Assembly: GCA_049294275.1 (NCBI GenBank)
Contig: JBAQCQ010000086.1
Coordinates: 34,160-98,159 of the forward strand
DNA length: 64,000 nt
Source of the DNA: Bacteroidales bacterium
GTDB lineage: Bacteria; Bacteroidota; Bacteroidia; Bacteroidales; VadinHA17
Direction of reading: 5' to 3'
In this document: piece by piece, positions 59,398 to 64,000 of the stretch
Layout: each line of letters starts with the position of its first letter
Position numbering within the stretch: position 1 is the stretch's first letter
Notes under the pieces: generated by a model
Databases searched by the model: none
What the model was told of the DNA's origin: nothing
The model's input: the letters and a program-made list of their open reading frames with translations, nothing else
Position numbers and translations under genes: made by a program

Positions 59398-61312
59398 GTG
59401 ATGAAAACCATTATCGATCTGCCTGAAAACAGCGCTGCCAGATCCGGCAACAATCCTTACCTGATTGAAAAGAAAACAGACCACTACGAGTCAATCACCT
59501 GCAGGGAGACCAAAGAACTGGCATACGCCACTGCTGCCGGCCTCCCTGCCCTTGGCATAGAGAAGGGCGACCGCATTGCCCTCCTGCCGGAATCACGGAC
59601 AGACCGGGTAATAAGCGAGCTTGGTATTCTTCATGCCGGAGCCATCTGCGTGCCTCTCTCCATCTTGCTGAAGGAAGGTGTCAATCTTAAATTCAGAATT
59701 GACCATTCCGGCACACGCCGGATTATTGTCTCAGCCCTGCAGTATGAAAAGATCAATGCAATAAGGAAAGATCTTCCGAGTCTGGAGAAGATCATTCTGC
59801 CTGATCCAGGGGAGAGCTATACCGGAGATGAAATTTACATGGGAACGGTCAGGAAAACGGGCGGGGAGTACCTGACCGGCAATTATGACTAATTCATGGA
59901 AAGGGTAAGGTCGGTCGGAGCGAACGATTACGCAAATATCAGCTATACTTCAGGAACCACTGCTGACCCGAAAGCTATAATCCTTTCTCACAGGAATTAC
60001 ACTGCCAATATTGAACAGACTCTCACCCTCATGGACGTCCCCGAATGGTGGACAACACTGCTTATCCTGCCCCGGGACCATTCGTTCGCACATACGGTCG
60101 GGATATAACATAATGATGGCAACCGGTGCGAGCCTGGCAGCTGTTCAGTCGGGCAAATCATATCTCGACTCAATCAAACATATCCCTGAAAACATACGGG
60201 AGATAAAGCCCGTGTTTCTGCTGAGCGCTCCTGCTCTTGCAAAAAACTTCCGCAAAGGGATTGAAAAAGGTATAAAGGACAAAGGACCGGTGATCGAAAA
60301 GATGTTCAGACATGCACTGAAGGTAGCCTATATGTACAATGGCAATGGCTGGAACAAGGGGAAAGGATTCAGGATCTTTCTGAAACCGGAATACATGCTT
60401 TTCGACCTTATCCTGTTCAGGAAGATAAGGGCAGGCTTCGGCGGAAGGCTGAAGTTCTTCTTCGGAGGAGCAGCGCTGCCTGACATCGAACTTCAGAAAC
60501 TCTTCTCCGCCATAGGCATACCGATGCTTCAGGGTTACGGACTGTCTGAAGCTTCACCCGTCATCTCGGGAAACGTCGAAAAGAGATACAAGCTTGGATC
60601 ATCCGTCATGGTAAAAAACCTCGATCTGAAGATCTGTGATGAGCATGGCAAGGTACTTCCTGCCGGACAGAAGGGAGAGATTGTAATCCGGGGTGAAAAC
60701 GTAATGCAGGGCTACTGGAAAAACGAAAGTGCTACGCGTGAAGCAATACGTGACGGTTGGCTGTACACAGGCGATATGGGGTACGTTGACCAGGACGGAT
60801 TTCTTTACGTCCAGGGAAGGTTTAAGAGCCTCCCCATCTCAGACGACGGCGAAAAATACAGTCCCGAGGGAATTGAGGAGACAATCACCGACAGGTCTCC
60901 CTTCATTGACCAGATGATTCTCTATAACAATCAGAACAAGTACACGACCGCGCTGCTTGTGCCGAACGGAGAGGCACTGGCAAGGTGGGCAAAAAACAAG
61001 AATATTGATTTCTCAGGTCAGAAAGGCCCTGAGGCAGCATTAATTGAACTTGACGAAGTGATAAACCAGTACAGGACCGGAGGCCGGTATGATGACCTCT
61101 TCCCGGCGAAATGGCTGCCTGCCGCAGTCGGCATTCTTGATGAACCGTTCAACCCAGACAACAAGATGCTGAACAGCCTCGGGAAGATGATCAGGGCAAA
61201 AATCACGGAGCGATACGGTGATAAGCTAAACTTCCTCTATACCCCCGAGGCAAAAAACATGGTAAACGCTGAGAATCTTGCTGCCATCAGGAAGGTATTG
61301 GGAGTCAAATGA
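59398..61312 (+). pseudogene. fadD: Long-chain acyl-CoA synthetase (AMP-dependent ligase, FadD-like) disrupted by an in-frame TAA and a 1-nt frameshift
   Basis: Three consecutive ORFs (59398..59892, 59896..60108, 60011..61312) together make one ligase. A TAA at 59890-59892 is in frame between ORF1 and ORF2, which carries ISYTSGTTADPK. The frame shifts at about 60102-60104 (HTVG|YNIMMATGA). The downstream part is intact (GYGLSEASP, GWLYTGDMGYVDQDGFLYVQGR). Confidence 0.75.
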
Positions 61313-61324
61313 GTATGACCTGAC

Positions 61325-61372
61325 TTGTGATACCTGGCCAGGGCTTGTATCACAATTTCATTTGTTGTATTT
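61325..61372 (+). terminator. Intrinsic terminator after fadD
   Basis: TTGTGATAC (61325-61333) pairs with GTATCACAA (61347-61355), a 9-bp stem. The loop contains the palindrome CCTGGCCAGG. The T-rich tract TTTCATTTGTTGTATTTT follows. Confidence 0.75.
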
Positions 61373-62184
61373 TGGGATGTCAAAACAAACGGAATGAGGC
61401 AACCTGGATTCATTACAATAGTATTCTGGCAGACAGGGGAATATTGCAGCCTGCACTCACCCCCGACAGAATTATTGAGTCGGAAGTTCAGAAATTTACA
61501 CTGGATACGGTTGTCTCCGGGTTGAATGTACCGTGGGGGATGGCCTTTCTGCCCAACGTCGATATGCTTATCTCGGAACGCTCCGGATCACTGTACCTCT
61601 TTTCGGGAGGAAAACTTTCCGAACCTGTTGAAGGCTTGCCATCAATTATGGCCACAGGACAAGGCGGATTGCTTGACATTGCCCTGCACCCCGAATATGA
61701 CTCCAACGGCTGGATCTACTTTTCTTACTCATACCTGAATGAGGGAGGCTCAGGACCGAAGGGCAATACCGCAATCATGAGGGCAAGACTTGAAGGAAAC
61801 AGACTCGTAGACCAGCAGGTGCTCTTCAAAGGCGAACCGGCAACGGACCGGAATTACCACTTCGGCTGCAAAATGGCATTTGACGGAAAGGGACACATTT
61901 TTTTCGGCATCGGAGACCGCGGACAGCATTTCGACTTCCCCCAGAAGCTTGACAACCATAACGGCAAGATCCACAGGTTGAATGACGACGGATCAATCCC
62001 GGCTGACAACCCGTTTGTCAACACTCAGGAAGCAATGGCGTCTATCCGGAGCTACGGACACCGGAACCCTCAGGGAACCTGCTTCGATCCGCTTACCGGT
62101 GAACTCTGGGTTTCGGAGCACGGTCCGCGTCAGGTAAATGCCCGCATTATGTATCAGGACATCAATCGGGGTATTAAGCTTTAA
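61327..62184 (+). pseudogene. PQQ-dependent soluble sugar (glucose/sorbosone) dehydrogenase, 3'-truncated with an unclear 5' end
   Basis: sGDH/YliI-like blocks are GLNVPWGMAFLP, GQGGLLDIALHP, GKIHRLNDDGSIPADNPF, YGHRNPQG and LWVSEHGPR. Homology stops at about 62130, and roughly the last 100 aa of the family are missing. The called start lies inside the fadD terminator, and the nearest ATG (61394) is in another frame. Confidence 0.65.
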
Positions 62185-62244
62185 GAGCTCCCCAGCCACT
62201 TTTTTAATATCCCTCAACTTACTCAGGTCACCAATTTTGTCCAA
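62131..62244 (-). pseudogene. ~37-aa relic of an SDR gene abutting the truncated dehydrogenase
   Basis: The minus strand encodes DKIGDLSKLRDIKKVAGELLKLNTPIDVLIHNAGIY (SDR region up to the NNAG motif). There is no N-terminal TGxxxGxG part upstream, and no catalytic YxxxK part downstream. Confidence 0.55.
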
Positions 62245-62391
62245 AAATAATTAATCTATAAAAGGCTCCGCCTTAGGCTATTATTTAGTTTAGGAAAAGA
62301 TCTGGTTTTACAGTCCGGTGCATCAAAAACTGTCTGGAACTTTGACAATGTTCTCTCTAAAGGATAACTTAGCGGTTCGTACCATTAAGCC

Positions 62392-62895
62392 ATGAGCAGA
62401 GGATTTGTCAAGGAAGATGACCAGGAGGAAGTGCCGATGATGCCGCAGAGGGCATACCTGCCGGATGGTGTACCAAACTTTGTCACCCGCTCTGGTCTGG
62501 AACAGCTGTTGGCTGAAAAGGAGGCCCTGATCAGCGAGAGGGAAAATCTGAGCATCACCAGCGATAATGAAAAACGAATTGCCGTTAATTACATCAATGC
62601 AAAGTTTCAATTGCTGAATAACAGAATTGCTGAAGCCAGGGTCATCGATACGAAGGAGCAACCTCAGGATGAGATAACTTTTGGTGCAACGGTTACCCTC
62701 AGACCGGCAACTTCCGGCAACCACCAGACCTTTCAGATTGTGGGAGTAGATGAAGCAAACATTGCCAGAGGCAAGATCTCATTCATATCACCTTTAGCCA
62801 AAGCATTGATAAATAAAAAAACCGGGGACAGCATCATCTTAAAGCGGGACGGGGCAGACATAATCTATGAAATTATCGGAATAGCCTACCAGTGA
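62392..62895 (+). CDS. GreA/GreB-family transcription elongation factor-like protein
   Basis: 167 aa with a coiled-coil N-half. The GreA C-terminal domain pattern is ITFGATVTL...FQIVGVDEANIARGKISFISPLAKALINKKTGDSI. Confidence 0.8.
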   Translation: MSRGFVKEDDQEEVPMMPQRAYLPDGVPNFVTRSGLEQLLAEKEALISERENLSITSDNEKRIAVNYINAKFQLLNNRIAEARVIDTKEQPQDEITFGATVTLRPATSGNHQTFQIVGVDEANIARGKISFISPLAKALINKKTGDSIILKRDGADIIYEIIGIAYQ

Positions 62896-63000
62896 TCCTG
62901 ATCTCAAGACAGAAAGTATACAGTCAAACGTGTAATCTGATCACCAGACGGGGTAATTCAGTCATATGCCCGAAATCAAGAGGCATAACCGGCGAGTAAA

Positions 63001-63722
63001 TCATCTCATCAGAAGTTTCAGCACTTTTTCCTTTAATGCCGTATAGGGCGGGTAACGCACGGGAATGTCGACCAGGTTTGATTTCTCCATGACTGACTTC
63101 ATGTTTGAGAATGACTTGAATGACTCTCTCCCGTGATACCGTCCCATTCCGTCTGGACCGATACCCCCAATGACACTTGTGGCGATGCGACCTGCATAAC
63201 AGTATCATTCACGGCGGCGAAACCTCTCCGGGTCTTCAACAGGAACTCCCTGCCAGCTTTTTACTGGTAGTGAAAATATAAGCTGCCAGCGACTTCGGGT
63301 TTCTGCTGATGACAGGGTATATTTCTTCGAAATCATCGAATGTGATCAAAGGCAGAACCGGGCCGAATATTTCCCCTGCATGACAGGGTCCTCAGGGCTG
63401 ACTCCGGTAATGATGGTGGGGGCTACATAACAATTTCCGGGATTTGTGGTTCCCCCGGTAATGATATCCCCGTTTTTCAGAAATGATTCCATTCTTATGG
63501 TTTTATCTGTATTGACCATGCGGCAATAGTCTGTGCCTGATGCCGGATCCTCACCATAAAATGATCTGATCTCTTTGAGAAGCAGTTCAGGAAAACGGTC
63601 TTTAACCTTATTGTCAATAAGCAGATAATCGGGTGCGATACATGTCTGGCCGGCATTTATGAATTTTCCGTAGGTTATCCTTGAATACCAGTTATTTATT
63701 ACCGGTACTTCTCTTATTGGTA
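63001..63722 (-). pseudogene. Aldehyde dehydrogenase (ALDH3-like) remnant: 5'-truncated with at least three frameshifts
   Basis: My translation of the minus strand gives RITYGKFINAGQTCIAPDYLLIDNKV...GNCYVAPTIITGVSPEDPVMQG. After a shift it gives EIFGPVLPLITFDDFEEIYPVISRNPKSLAAYIFTTSKKLAG. After a second shift it gives EFLLKTRRGFAAVNDTVMQVASPQ. After a third shift it gives GGIGPDGMGRYHGRESFKSFSNMKSVMEKSNLVDIPVRYPPYTALKEKVLKLLMR and stops at 63003..63001. There is no ALDH N-terminal half upstream. Confidence 0.75.
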
Positions 63723-64000
63723 AGCCTCAGCCTATTCAGCCAGACGGGCATTGAATGCGTCACCTGTAAAGGGATTAATGGAAATCATAAAACATCCTGC
63801 CCTTATTATAATCCTCACTCAGAATCTTCATCCGGCGCCACTGGTACCAGCCTTGAAACCCGGATTATTGGAGCAATCTTCCAATCCGTCATCCAGTCAA
63901 TGTTTGCTCCCTCCAAGGCTGATGCTGAACCGACAGCAGCAGAAAGGGCCCGGATTGAGAGACTCGATCTGGAGAGGCAGAAACAGATGGCATTGAGGCA
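63659..64000 (+). CDS. Secreted Cys-containing hypothetical protein (partial, continues beyond the window); apparent 1-nt frameshift after codon 3
   Basis: Frame 3 is open from 63663 to the window end: IFRRLSLNTSYLLPVLLLLVSLSLFSQTGIECVTCKGINGNHKTSCPYYNP...AERARIERLDLERQKQMALR. ATG AAT TTT at 63659 is one base out of frame. Removing one base in TTTTCC (63664-63669) gives MNFRRLSLNTSYLLPVLLLLVSLSLFSQ, a good signal peptide. Confidence 0.45.

Noticed and set aside
61993-62244. 83-aa minus-strand ORF
   Set aside because: It is a chimera. Only its first ~37 codons (62131-62244) are SDR-like. The rest is antisense to the PQQ dehydrogenase coding sequence.
62924-63208. 94-aa minus-strand ORF listed in the track
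   Set aside because: It is an out-of-frame reading of the 3' end of the aldehyde dehydrogenase remnant. The true frame gives GGIGPDGMGRYHGRESFKSF...PVRYPPYTALKEKVLKLLMR and stops at 63001.

Overview
This 64 kb window looks like a Bacteroidota chromosome segment. The evidence is SusC/SusD pairs, many SpII lipoprotein signals, a T9SS C-terminal sorting domain and a NUDIX-type AraR. It has about 50% GC and is almost fully coding. I saw no rRNA, tRNA, CRISPR array, transposase, integrase or phage gene.

Layout:
- (a) 1-12.7 kb: partial GH2 beta-galactosidase, MobA-like protein, formate-THF ligase, m5C rRNA methyltransferase, short CDF transporter, GH3 with a PA14 insert, and a Tat-exported Gfo/Idh/MocA oxidoreductase next to a tandem-DUF1080 protein.
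- (b) 12.7-25.8 kb: a nine-gene minus-strand L-arabinose/arabinan operon in the order SGLT symporter, araA, NUDIX araR, araD, araB, GH127, GH127, GH51, galM.
- (c) 26.1-30.0 kb: an OmpR-type two-component system with a beta-barrel protein, bracketed by two paralogous secreted Gln-rich low-complexity proteins.
- (d) 30.0-49.4 kb: a long SusC/SusD locus built from atypical or unassigned families. It holds three diverged beta-propeller-like paralogs, a GH92-like/SGNH esterase fusion, a GH63-like lipoprotein, a 594-aa PMI-like cupin, a lipoprotein upstream of susC, a GntR/HutC regulator and a divergent URO-D-family protein. This is my best candidate for an undescribed system.
- (e) 49.6-64 kb: housekeeping and lipid genes (typA, SPT-like/SDR pair, YeiH-like transporter, porin, cyclophilin, GreA-like) mixed with many disrupted genes. 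These are an in-frame TGA, a fadD with a nonsense codon plus a frameshift, a truncated PQQ sugar dehydrogenase abutting an SDR relic, and a 5'-truncated multi-frameshifted aldehyde dehydrogenase.

All family assignments come from motif recognition by eye. No database search was run.
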